Origin: Dehalococcoidia bacterium
Lineage (GTDB): Bacteria > Chloroflexota > Dehalococcoidia > Dehalococcoidales > RBG-16-60-22
Length of the DNA: 36,910 nucleotides
Assembly: GCA_030615655.1 (NCBI GenBank)
Contig: JAUWYU010000001.1
Span: 1-36,910, forward strand
Direction: 5' to 3'
In this document: piece by piece, positions 1 to 8,821 of the stretch
Layout of the letters: every line of letters begins with the position of its first letter
Numbering within the stretch: the stretch's first letter is position 1
Position numbers and translations under genes: made by a program
The notes under the pieces: generated by a model
The model's input: the letters and a program-made list of their open reading frames with translations, nothing else
Databases searched by the model: none
What the model was told of the DNA's origin: nothing

Positions 1-1029
1 AATCCCCCCGAGTATAACGGTATCAAGCTCCTTAACCCGGACGGCTCCTCCTTTACTTCTCTCCAGCAAGCGCAGATAGAAGAAGCGATTTCAGCCGAAT
101 CGTTTAATACTGCTCACTGGGAGGAGATTAAGCAATGCGACGTCTATGACGGAGCCATAAAACATCATATTGAGTGCATATTACCCGGCTTCCCGGCTGA
201 ATTGAAGCTTAAGGTGGTGGTGGATGCCGGCTGTGGCGCGGCTTCCGAAGTCACACCTCAAATGCTGCAGAGGCTGGGCTGTGAGGTGGTTACTCTAAAT
301 TGTTATCCCAGCGGTTTCTTCCCCCGTGGCATCGAGCCGACCGAGGCTAACCTGCAGGATTTATGTCAGGCAGTTAAAGAGTCCGACGCCGACCTCGGTA
401 TTGCCCATGACGGCGATGCTGACCGCATGATGGCGGTTGATGACCGGGGCGAGTTTATCTCCGGGGATAGGCTGCTGGTGGTCTTTGCCCGGGCGGTGGG
501 GGCGCAAGAAGTGGTGACAACGCTGGATGCCTCCATGACTATCGAGGAGATGGGTTTCAATGTCAGGCGAACGCCGATAGGGGACACCCGGGTATCCGAA
601 GAGTTGAGAAACGGCGGCGATTTTGGTGGTGAGACGTCGGGGAGCTGGATTTTCCCCAGTATCTCGCTCTGTCCCGATGGCATCTATGCCGCGGCTCAGG
701 TTGTGGCGATAGCCAGCCGGCAGAAGCTTTCGGAACTGGTTGACGGTATACCCATTTACCCGCTGCTTCGGGGAAATGTCGGCAGCGACGGGGTGGAAAT
801 ATCCCGTCTGGAGTCGGCATTAATGGCTATGGAACCGTTGTCAATCAGCAATATCGACGGTATTAAACTGAACTTTGTGAATGGCTGGTTGCTGGTCCGA
901 GCTTCGGGCACCGAGCCTAAAATCAGGCTGACGGCAGAGGCGAAAGTACAGGCGAGGGCGCAGCAGCTGTATGACGGCGCCCTCAGGGCAATCAAGGATT
1001 CTGTAGATGCTAAGGGGAGTGTGAATTGA
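1..1029 (+). CDS. glmM: Phosphoglucosamine mutase / phosphomannomutase-family protein (archaeal-type GlmM), 5' end outside the window
   Basis: Frame 1 is open from base 1 (NPPEYNGIKL...) and continuous with the listed 202..1029 ORF. It carries the metal-binding loop GIAHDGDADR, the sugar loop GGETSGS and the phosphate loop RASGTEPKIR typical of alpha-D-phosphohexomutases. Its stop overlaps the next gene's TTG start. Confidence 0.85.
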   Translation, partial: NPPEYNGIKLLNPDGSSFTSLQQAQIEEAISAESFNTAHWEEIKQCDVYDGAIKHHIECILPGFPAELKLKVVVDAGCGAASEVTPQMLQRLGCEVVTLNCYPSGFFPRGIEPTEANLQDLCQAVKESDADLGIAHDGDADRMMAVDDRGEFISGDRLLVVFARAVGAQEVVTTLDASMTIEEMGFNVRRTPIGDTRVSEELRNGGDFGGETSGSWIFPSISLCPDGIYAAAQVVAIASRQKLSELVDGIPIYPLLRGNVGSDGVEISRLESALMAMEPLSISNIDGIKLNFVNGWLLVRASGTEPKIRLTAEAKVQARAQQLYDGALRAIKDSVDAKGSVN

Positions 1030-2228
1030 AAGCAGTTATTTTAGCGGCCGGTGAAGGCAACCGAATGCGTCCCCTTACCCATAACAGACCCAAGGTGATG
1101 CTACCCATCGCCAATAAACCTATTCTGGAGCATTTGCTCATTGAAGCCAAAGAAGCCGGCATTACGGAGTTTATTTTCATTGTTGGCTATTGCGATGAGC
1201 AGGTACGTAGCTATTTTGGTAAAGGGGAGAAGTGGGGGGTGAATATAGCCTATTCCGAGCAGAGGAAGCAACTGGGTACGGCCGATGCCCTCAGAATGGT
1301 TGAGAATATGATGGACGGTAACTTCCTGGTTATTAACGGGGATGTTGTTGTCGGGCGTGAGGACATTAAACGACTATTAGACAATAGCAACAATACCATG
1401 AGTGTCATTAAGGTTGAAGATTCACGAGACCTGGGAATAGTCGAGCTGGACGAGGGGAAAGTCGTCAATATTTATGAGAAGACACAGCATCCGCCAACCC
1501 TGATGGCGAATGCCGGGCTGTATCTATTTACTACAGAAGTATACGAAGCCATATCCCGGACGACTAAGTCGCCGCGGGGTGAGTATGAGATAACCGATTC
1601 TTTGCAGTTGCTGATGGAGACAGCACAGGGTCTTCATTATCAGGAAATAAAATCCTGGCTGGACATCAGTTACCCATGGGATTTGTTGTCGGTCAATGAG
1701 CTAATGCTGGCCGGTACAGAGTCGGTGAACCTTGGTGATGTGGAAGAGAACGTGGTGATAAAAGGTGCTGTGGCTATCGGCAAAGGCACGGTGATAAAGT
1801 CAGGCGCTTACATTGTTGGGCCGGTGATAATCGGGGAGGATTGTGAAATTGGGCCTAACTGTTACCTCCGTCCCTGTACTGCTATCGGCGACGGCTGTCA
1901 CATTGGCGCTGCTGTTGAAGTCAAGAACTCTATCATAATGAAGGGCAGCAAGATTCCGCACCACAACTATGTGGGTGATAGTGTTATCGGCGAACAGTGT
2001 AATCTTGGTGCCGGTACGAAGATTGCCAACCTGAGACTGGATAAGAAGAACATACTGGTGGCCGGCATCGATACCGGGCGGCGCAAGCTGGGAGCAATAA
2101 TCGGTGACCGTGTTGAAACCGGGATAAATGCATCTATTAACGTTGGCAGTATGATTGGCAATAATACCTTTATCGGCCCCGGGGTAGTGGTCAGCGGGGT
2201 CATCTTACCGGATTCGAAGATATTTTGA
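1026..2228 (+). CDS. glmU: Bifunctional sugar-1-phosphate nucleotidylyltransferase / acetyltransferase (archaeal-type GlmU-like) with a left-handed beta-helix C-terminus
   Basis: The N-terminus has the NTP-transferase motif AAGEGNRMRPLT...RPK. The C-terminal hexapeptide repeats contain HHNYVGDSVIGEQCNLGAGTKIAN, which parallels the GlmU acetyltransferase active-site block (H..Y.GD..IG...N.GAGT...N). TTG start; lies between glmM and glmS. Confidence 0.7.
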   Translation: MKAVILAAGEGNRMRPLTHNRPKVMLPIANKPILEHLLIEAKEAGITEFIFIVGYCDEQVRSYFGKGEKWGVNIAYSEQRKQLGTADALRMVENMMDGNFLVINGDVVVGREDIKRLLDNSNNTMSVIKVEDSRDLGIVELDEGKVVNIYEKTQHPPTLMANAGLYLFTTEVYEAISRTTKSPRGEYEITDSLQLLMETAQGLHYQEIKSWLDISYPWDLLSVNELMLAGTESVNLGDVEENVVIKGAVAIGKGTVIKSGAYIVGPVIIGEDCEIGPNCYLRPCTAIGDGCHIGAAVEVKNSIIMKGSKIPHHNYVGDSVIGEQCNLGAGTKIANLRLDKKNILVAGIDTGRRKLGAIIGDRVETGINASINVGSMIGNNTFIGPGVVVSGVILPDSKIF

Positions 2229-2238
2229 GGGGTGGTTT

Positions 2239-3414
2239 ATGAAACAGGCAATAGTATTAGCAGCAGGCGAGGGGCAGAGGCTCAGGCCGTTTACCGTTAC
2301 CAGACCGAAAGCGATGCTTTCTATAGCGGATAAGCCGATACTGCAGTATGTGGTTGAGTCATTAGCTCAGAACGGAATTCGCAATATTGTATTCGTGGTT
2401 GGCTATCGGAAAGAGCAGGTATATGACTATATGGGTTCCGGTGAGCAGTTCGGTGTCGACATAACCTACGTAACTCAAGAAGCGCAGTTGGGCACGGCCC
2501 ATGCCTTGTCTCAGGTCAGGGAAGAGGCCGAGGACGAGTTTCTGGTTCTGGCCGGGGATAACCTGATTGAAGCCGGTACCATTACCGATTTTGTACAGAT
2601 AAAGCCGGAGGCGGTGCTGGTAAAGCGGGTAGATAACCCGGTCAGGTACGGAGTGGTGAGTATCGACCGCGGCGAGGTGAAGGATATTGTTGAGAAGCCC
2701 GCAGAGGCGGGCAGTAATCTCGTTAATACCGGTGTTTACGCCTTCACTAAAGATATTTTTAAATTTGCCGAGGCCGTGCTGGATATTCCTGACGCACTGA
2801 ACAATATGATAGCTGAAGGTCACAATATAAGCGCTCTGGAAACCGATGGCACCTGGCTTGATGTGGTCTACCCGTGGGACATACTGAACCTTAATGACAT
2901 CGTTCTTCAGCGCATGGAGGCCAGTGTTGGCGGTACTATTGAGGCAGGTGTATCGTTGAAAGGACAGGTTGCGGTAGGGGAGGATACGGTGGTACGGTCG
3001 GGCACCTACCTGTACGGGCCGGTGGTTATCGGGAGTGGCTGTGAAATCGGTCCCAATGTATGCATTATGCCGGCTACCAGCATTGGCGACAATGTCGTTA
3101 TTTCACCGTTTACGGAGATAAAAAACAGTGTTATTGGTAATGACGTTACTATTGGCCCCGGCTGTATCATAGAAGATTCCGTTATTGATAAAGGCTGCGT
3201 GATAAAGGCGCGTTTTACTGCCTGTGCCGGTGAGAGTGAGGTCAGGGTCAATGGTGAGATACCGCTGGTGAATGTGGGTGCCATGATGGGCGAGGACTGC
3301 AATGTGGACAATAATGTCGTAGTTCAGCCCGGTGTCATTATTGGTAACTACTGTCAAATCCAGATGCGGAAGATGATTAGCGGCCGATTGCCTGACCGGA
3401 GTCTGGTGTATTAG
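2239..3414 (+). CDS. Paralogous NTP-transferase plus hexapeptide-repeat protein with a divergent C-terminal domain
   Basis: The N-terminus has LAAGEGQRLRPFT..RPK, and the protein keeps the same two-domain layout as the upstream gene, which it visibly resembles over its whole length. The H..Y.GD / GAGT block is not recognisable in the beta-helix region. Confidence 0.7.
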   Translation: MKQAIVLAAGEGQRLRPFTVTRPKAMLSIADKPILQYVVESLAQNGIRNIVFVVGYRKEQVYDYMGSGEQFGVDITYVTQEAQLGTAHALSQVREEAEDEFLVLAGDNLIEAGTITDFVQIKPEAVLVKRVDNPVRYGVVSIDRGEVKDIVEKPAEAGSNLVNTGVYAFTKDIFKFAEAVLDIPDALNNMIAEGHNISALETDGTWLDVVYPWDILNLNDIVLQRMEASVGGTIEAGVSLKGQVAVGEDTVVRSGTYLYGPVVIGSGCEIGPNVCIMPATSIGDNVVISPFTEIKNSVIGNDVTIGPGCIIEDSVIDKGCVIKARFTACAGESEVRVNGEIPLVNVGAMMGEDCNVDNNVVVQPGVIIGNYCQIQMRKMISGRLPDRSLVY

Positions 3415-3488
3415 GTGAATCCGCTCGTATTTTAGCAAGACGAATATATTATCGAATGGACTGGAGTTTAGTAAGAGACTGATTAACT

Positions 3489-5270
3489 ATGTGTGGCATT
3501 GTCGGCTATATTGGAAAGAAAAAGGCTCAACCGATTCTGCTTAACTGTCTGGGCAAGCTGGAGTATCGGGGCTATGATTCCTGTGGCATTGCCATATCGG
3601 CCAGCGGTATTGAAGTTCATAAGGATGCTGTCAGGGTAAGGGTGCTGGGGGAGGCATTATCAGTACTTGATGGTACGGTGGGTATTGGTCATACCCGTTG
3701 GGCGACCCACGGTGAGCCGTCCAAAGTAAATGCCCACCCGCATTGTGACTGCACCGGCCGGATTGCTGTGGTGCACAACGGCGTTATCAATAATTTCTAT
3801 AAACTGAGGGAGCAGCTGGCCGATGAAGGGCATACCTTAGCCTCACAGACCGATACCGAGGTAATACCGCACCTGATTGAAAAGTATTATGATGGCGATT
3901 TTGTGAAGGCTGTAGAGTTGGCTGTACGTGAAATAGAGGGTTCATACACCATGATTGCACTGATGGCAGATGAGTCTAAGATTGTAGCGGCCAGAAAGGA
4001 CAGCCCGCTGATTATCGGCATCGGTGACCGGGAGAACTATATTGCCTCGGATGTGCCGGCGCTGTTGGACTATACCAGTCGGGTTATCTATCTGGAAGAT
4101 GGCGATATTGCTGTGGTTTCCGCCGACAATGTAGACGTGAAGAAGGACGGCAGCAGCGTTGACCGGGAGGAGCATAAAATACTATGGAGTGTGGAGGATG
4201 CTCAGAAGGCGGGCTATGAGCATTTTATGCTTAAAGAAATACATGAGCAGCCCAAGGTAATACGGGATACCCTCGCCGAATATATCTCGGCGGCAGAACC
4301 GGCCGCCGACCTGACAGTAGGAGATGGCGGCCTCGAGGATATGCTCATACTGGCCTGTGGCACCTCATATCATGCTAGCCTGGTAGGCAAGTACATCATT
4401 GAAGGCCTGGTAAAAATTCCGGTGAGAGTCGAGCTGGCTTCTGAATTTAACTACAGCGGCCAGGCATCAACTAGAAGTAGAGCAATTGTCATTACACAGT
4501 CCGGCGAGACATACGATGCCCTTATGTCAGTAAAGAGGCTGAAGGAAGAAGGCTGTCAGGTTATTGTCATCACTAATGTCGTCGGCAGCACGGTCAGCCG
4601 GATAGCCGACCAGACTGTTTATACCCGGGCGGGTCCAGAGATAAGCGTAGCGGCTACCAAGACTTTCGTGGCTCAGCTTATTGCGCTGTACTGGCTGGCT
4701 TTACCATACTCCAGGGTTGATATCAGGAGATTAGATGACCTCGTTATGGAGCTCAGGCAATTGCCGGTAAAAGTCCAGCAGGTACTGGATAATGAGGCGA
4801 TAATTGCGGATTATGCTCGGCAGCTAGCGAAATTTGAGAATATGTTCTACATGGGTAAGGGGATAAACTACCCTGTGGCTTTGGAAGGTGCCCTCAAGCT
4901 AAAGGAGATTTCCTATATTCATGCCGAAGGTTATGCGGCCGGGGAATTGAAGCACGGACCATTTGCCTTATTGGGTAGCAAGACACCGGTTGTCGCTGTC
5001 GTGACTCAGGACAACACCTACGAGTCTGTTATTACCACTATTAAGCAGGTCAAGGCCAGGCAGTCTCCATTGCTGGCGCTGGTTGGTGAAGAGGACGAGA
5101 CCATAATACAACTGGCCGACTCGGTGATTACCGTGCCTCAAATCGACCCCTTATTTTCCCCGGTGGTGAATTCGGTAGTCTTGCAGTTGCTCGCTTACTA
5201 TGTAGCCAAGCGGAGAGGTTGTCCCATCGACTTCCCCAGGCACTTGGCAAAAACTGTCACTGTGGAATAG
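3489..5270 (+). CDS. glmS: Glutamine--fructose-6-phosphate aminotransferase (isomerising)
   Basis: It has the MCGIVGY N-terminal nucleophile Cys2, two SIS domains (SGETYD..., GELKHGP) and the canonical C-terminal ...TVE. Length is 593 aa. Confidence 0.95.
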   Translation: MCGIVGYIGKKKAQPILLNCLGKLEYRGYDSCGIAISASGIEVHKDAVRVRVLGEALSVLDGTVGIGHTRWATHGEPSKVNAHPHCDCTGRIAVVHNGVINNFYKLREQLADEGHTLASQTDTEVIPHLIEKYYDGDFVKAVELAVREIEGSYTMIALMADESKIVAARKDSPLIIGIGDRENYIASDVPALLDYTSRVIYLEDGDIAVVSADNVDVKKDGSSVDREEHKILWSVEDAQKAGYEHFMLKEIHEQPKVIRDTLAEYISAAEPAADLTVGDGGLEDMLILACGTSYHASLVGKYIIEGLVKIPVRVELASEFNYSGQASTRSRAIVITQSGETYDALMSVKRLKEEGCQVIVITNVVGSTVSRIADQTVYTRAGPEISVAATKTFVAQLIALYWLALPYSRVDIRRLDDLVMELRQLPVKVQQVLDNEAIIADYARQLAKFENMFYMGKGINYPVALEGALKLKEISYIHAEGYAAGELKHGPFALLGSKTPVVAVVTQDNTYESVITTIKQVKARQSPLLALVGEEDETIIQLADSVITVPQIDPLFSPVVNSVVLQLLAYYVAKRRGCPIDFPRHLAKTVTVE

Positions 5271-5273
5271 ATA

Positions 5274-6851
5274 TCAGGTGGCTTCTACCGGTACGGTAGT
5301 AAACTTCCTCTTGGCTAGCTTCTCAGCAGTTACCAGTACGGCTTCGGCATCATGATTCAGTTGTGATATAAGCAATATCATTGCCGGCGCCGGCACCTGT
5401 TCTGTAGCAGCTGATAAGGCGATGGTGGCCGGATGGCTCCTGGCTGCCTCCTCGATAGAACGGTGTTCGAAGTTGAAGATATCAAGTAGCCGCTGGGCCG
5501 GCTCTGATTCGGCATGTTTTAGCTGATTGATATTTCGTCTGATTTTAGCAATATGTGTCGGTTCCAGGTGGCGGTCAGTAAATTTCACCGTAGTGATTTC
5601 TCTTGTCAGTGACAGCGCTTGCCTGAGTATTTCTAGAGGGTTGGTGATACCGATATTGAGGATAACACTCTGATGATTATAGGCAGTCAGTGCGCTGGGA
5701 ATGTTTTCTCGTGCCATGGTTAACGCTACTGTTATCAGGCTGAAGGCCAGTTTATCGGCCGCCTCGGCGTCAGCAACCGAGAGGTTGACGGCGATTATGG
5801 CTCCCTGTTCACCGGCTTCATTGTATTCTCTGACTATTAGCTGGCTCAGTTTCAGGGTATGTCTCCAATCTATGTCTTTTAACGGGTCGCCGGGTTGGTA
5901 GGTACGACTTCCCATGTACTCGACGCCTCTCTTTGGCATTATGTCGGCTTGCGGTGGTAGTTTGGCCACGGCAATCACCCCTGATCCTGTCTGCTCTAGA
6001 TATTTTCTGGCCAGCCACTCGGCATATCTGGCTCTGGGGATTATGTGCAACTGCAGCGGCTCAAGTAACTGGTTTATCTGGATAAGACCCCGTGGGTCTA
6101 TGGTCGATACCTGGAGCTGCGGACAGGATTGTCCCGCCAATGGTGGCGTAAAACTTAATTTCAGTCTTGTTTCGCCTACATTCAGAATAAGCTGCTGGGG
6201 TGTGACTTGTACCCAGGGGTCAGCCGGGCTGAGATGGCTGCGCATCTTTACTGACGCTTTGCTGGTAATGTGCAGAGGAATACTATCGGTGGTGCCCGTG
6301 ATGACCCTTTTCATCACGGTATCGGTGGTGAGGGGCAGACGGGGAATAGTAAGGAGTATCCCTATCAGCACACCTAGCAGGTACAGGGCGGAGGTAATGC
6401 CGGTAAACAACAGGACGGGGCTGTTAACAACCGGGGATAATAGCATTACGGCCAGTACCGAGATGAGCAGCGATACGAAAGTATAGGTGGTATGCCTACC
6501 AGCTTTTCCCTTCATGAATACTTGTGTGTGACGGGCATTTTGCCTCAGGTGATAGTCAAGGAGGTAGATAGCGGGGAGGATAGATACCGTTGCCGTGATT
6601 TGAACGGCTGTTAGTGAGAGAATTGTCATACGCTCTAATAGCTGTGCCAGCACCAGCGGCGTCAGGAAGATGACGGCCATGTTGATAACGATATTGAACC
6701 TTGGCGATTGCGGGCGTATGGTGGTGAATAGAAGTATCAGTAGCAGAGCCAGTGCCAGTAATAGGTAGGGTAGTGACGATATAATGGTAGCTGCCAGCAG
6801 AACCAGCAGCAGGTATATTTGACATAATAATGGGGGTGATAGTCTACTCAT
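5274..6851 (-). CDS. DUF58-family (vWA-like) protein with an N-terminal polytopic membrane domain
   Basis: The C-terminal half carries the DUF58 signature YQPGDPLKDIDWRHTLKLSQLIVREY. The first ~175 aa contain about six hydrophobic helices. The start overlaps the MoxR stop by 8 nt. Confidence 0.8.
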   Translation of the reverse strand: MSRLSPPLLCQIYLLLVLLAATIISSLPYLLLALALLLILLFTTIRPQSPRFNIVINMAVIFLTPLVLAQLLERMTILSLTAVQITATVSILPAIYLLDYHLRQNARHTQVFMKGKAGRHTTYTFVSLLISVLAVMLLSPVVNSPVLLFTGITSALYLLGVLIGILLTIPRLPLTTDTVMKRVITGTTDSIPLHITSKASVKMRSHLSPADPWVQVTPQQLILNVGETRLKLSFTPPLAGQSCPQLQVSTIDPRGLIQINQLLEPLQLHIIPRARYAEWLARKYLEQTGSGVIAVAKLPPQADIMPKRGVEYMGSRTYQPGDPLKDIDWRHTLKLSQLIVREYNEAGEQGAIIAVNLSVADAEAADKLAFSLITVALTMARENIPSALTAYNHQSVILNIGITNPLEILRQALSLTREITTVKFTDRHLEPTHIAKIRRNINQLKHAESEPAQRLLDIFNFEHRSIEEAARSHPATIALSAATEQVPAPAMILLISQLNHDAEAVLVTAEKLAKRKFTTVPVEAT

Positions 6852-7797
6852 TGTCTATTTTGGGCACGGGAACCTTGGTAGATACTTCATTGATGATGGA
6901 CTCGGGAATGATGTCCTCCATTTCGGCTTCGGGGCTGATCTGGAGGCGGTGGGAGAGCGTGGGAACGAGCAGTTTCTTAATATCGTCGGGAATGACAAAG
7001 TCTCTTTCTTGGATGAATGCTAATGCCCGGCCTCCCTTAAACAGGGCGATGCCGGCGCGGGTGCTGAGGCCCAGCAGCACCTCCGGATGATGGCGCAGAT
7101 TGTCGATAATATCAAGGATGTAGCGCCGGACACTATCCGCGATGTGCACCTTCTTGACCTCTTGCTGGAGCTGGATAATATCCGCCGCTGTGGTAACGGA
7201 CGCGACATGCGCCTCAGTTATGGCATCAATGTCCCTCAAGATTTGGTCTTCCTCTTCCAGGCTGGCGAGATCGCTCCATGTCCGGAACATAAAGCGGTCT
7301 GTCTGTACCTCGCTGAGCGGGGAGGTTCCCGGACCACCGTAGGGTATCTGGCTGGCGATAACAATAAATGGCTGTTCTAAAATATGAGTTTCTCGCTCGA
7401 TGGTAACCTGTTGCTCCTGCATTGACTCGAGCAGGGCGGCCTGGGTGCGGGGAGTTGTGCGGTTCAACTCATCAACCAGCAGTACATTGGCGAAGACAGG
7501 CCCCGGCATAAACGTGGCACTGCCATCGGGACGATAAAGGTAGAATCCGAGAATATCAGAAGGCAGCATATCGGGGGTGCCCTGCACCCTCTTGAACTTA
7601 CCGCCGATGGCATGGGCAAAAGTACGGGCGATAGTAGTTTTCGCCGTACCGGGTAAGCCCTCAATGAGCACGTGTCCCTGGCTCAGCAGGGCTACCAGCA
7701 GAATCTCTATTATATCATGCTTACCGACTACCACCTTGGATACTTCAGTAATAATGTTTTTCAGTATTGTCTGCCTTTTTTCCTGCTTTGTCGTCAT
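6844..7797 (-). CDS. MoxR-family AAA+ ATPase
   Basis: Walker A is GLPGTAKT and Walker B is LLVDELNR. The ~317 aa length and the AAA_3/MoxR-like sequence throughout fit the family. A GGAAAGGAG RBS lies upstream. Confidence 0.9.
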   Translation of the reverse strand: MTTKQEKRQTILKNIITEVSKVVVGKHDIIEILLVALLSQGHVLIEGLPGTAKTTIARTFAHAIGGKFKRVQGTPDMLPSDILGFYLYRPDGSATFMPGPVFANVLLVDELNRTTPRTQAALLESMQEQQVTIERETHILEQPFIVIASQIPYGGPGTSPLSEVQTDRFMFRTWSDLASLEEEDQILRDIDAITEAHVASVTTAADIIQLQQEVKKVHIADSVRRYILDIIDNLRHHPEVLLGLSTRAGIALFKGGRALAFIQERDFVIPDDIKKLLVPTLSHRLQISPEAEMEDIIPESIINEVSTKVPVPKIDNE

Positions 7798-7864
7798 TAC
7801 CTTCTCCTTTCCAGAGAGTTTATCACGTTTACCCTGTTAGAAGGAAGAGAAATTTATTAAAAAG

Positions 7865-8821
7865 TTAGGTCTCTTCGGAGTTTTCCTTCTTTTTATGCCA
7901 TATTGGTGTCAGCGCTATCATAAGTACCAATATTACCAACCCCGCGGTTCCCAGAGGAGTGGCGAGAAAACTACGTGCCTGTTGTAGCAGACGCTTGGTA
8001 TGATGAAGCTCTGATGATGGCAGGTGGGACTGGTCAATATAGAGTGCGGGTGTGGTGGCAGCAATGTTGTGAATAAGGTTGGCATTGTCCTCAATTGTCT
8101 CCATGCTATTGATGAACAGACTGGGGTCGGAAACGAGAATTACCTGCCCGCTGCCCAGTTCATGGCGGGATATTACTGGCAGTGGGCCTGTGGGTTCATT
8201 CTCTTCCCATATCCCGTTACCATTATGGTCGCTGAAGCTGAATGAAGAGGATAGAGCGAGGGTGTCAGACATGGCAACGTTAGCCAGACTGGTGGCATGG
8301 TTGAAGACCAGGTTGTTGGTATTTTCGGTCAGGGGGTCGGGTTCAAGGTGGATAATCCTCGGGAACTGTTTGTTTATGTAATTAACCAGCGGGTCAAGAA
8401 GAATCTGCCCGGTGAAACGCGCTTCAAGTCCCATGTGCTCCAGAACCTGGTTGCCATGGCCGTAGTCATCCGCCAGGATTAGCCTTCCGCCCTGGGAGAC
8501 AAAGCGGTCTAGTTGCTTTAATTCCGCGGTGGTGCAGTTAAGGTAGGGGATGAGGATAAGGGTTGTCTCTTGTGGCGAGGGCGGCAGGTCATCCAGGGAA
8601 TTCAGAGGTTGCGCCGGGTAGTCGGTGCTTATGTCCTTGATGCCATTCCAAAATGGGTTATCAACCCGGAAGTCTTCATTTGACGGGAAGAACCATATGG
8701 CTATAATCAGGGCGATAAGCAGGACTATGGTTATTATTGCCAGGAATCTATGAAGCCCCACGGCGCAACACCTCCTGGATAGTGGTAGCAAGTCTCTCGG
8801 CTCTGGTGGCAGTGTCTTCAC
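7865..8821 (-). CDS. DUF4350-like membrane-anchored protein
   Basis: It has an N-terminal TM (FLAIITIVLLIALIIAIWFF) and a C-terminal TM (LVILVLMIALTPIW), with a central GGRLILADDYGHGN block typical of DUF4350 proteins found next to MoxR/DUF58. The start is ambiguous: ATG 8821 overlaps the upstream gene by 74 nt, and an in-frame GTG at 8761 would cut the overlap to 14 nt. Confidence 0.6.
   Translation of the reverse strand: MKTLPPEPRDLLPLSRRCCAVGLHRFLAIITIVLLIALIIAIWFFPSNEDFRVDNPFWNGIKDISTDYPAQPLNSLDDLPPSPQETTLILIPYLNCTTAELKQLDRFVSQGGRLILADDYGHGNQVLEHMGLEARFTGQILLDPLVNYINKQFPRIIHLEPDPLTENTNNLVFNHATSLANVAMSDTLALSSSFSFSDHNGNGIWEENEPTGPLPVISRHELGSGQVILVSDPSLFINSMETIEDNANLIHNIAATTPALYIDQSHLPSSELHHTKRLLQQARSFLATPLGTAGLVILVLMIALTPIWHKKKENSEET

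Noticed and set aside
3415-3488. Possible glmS ribozyme or riboswitch in the leader of glmS
   Set aside because: The intergenic region is only 74 nt, far shorter than a glmS ribozyme, and shows no conserved core elements. glmS appears simply co-transcribed with the upstream genes.
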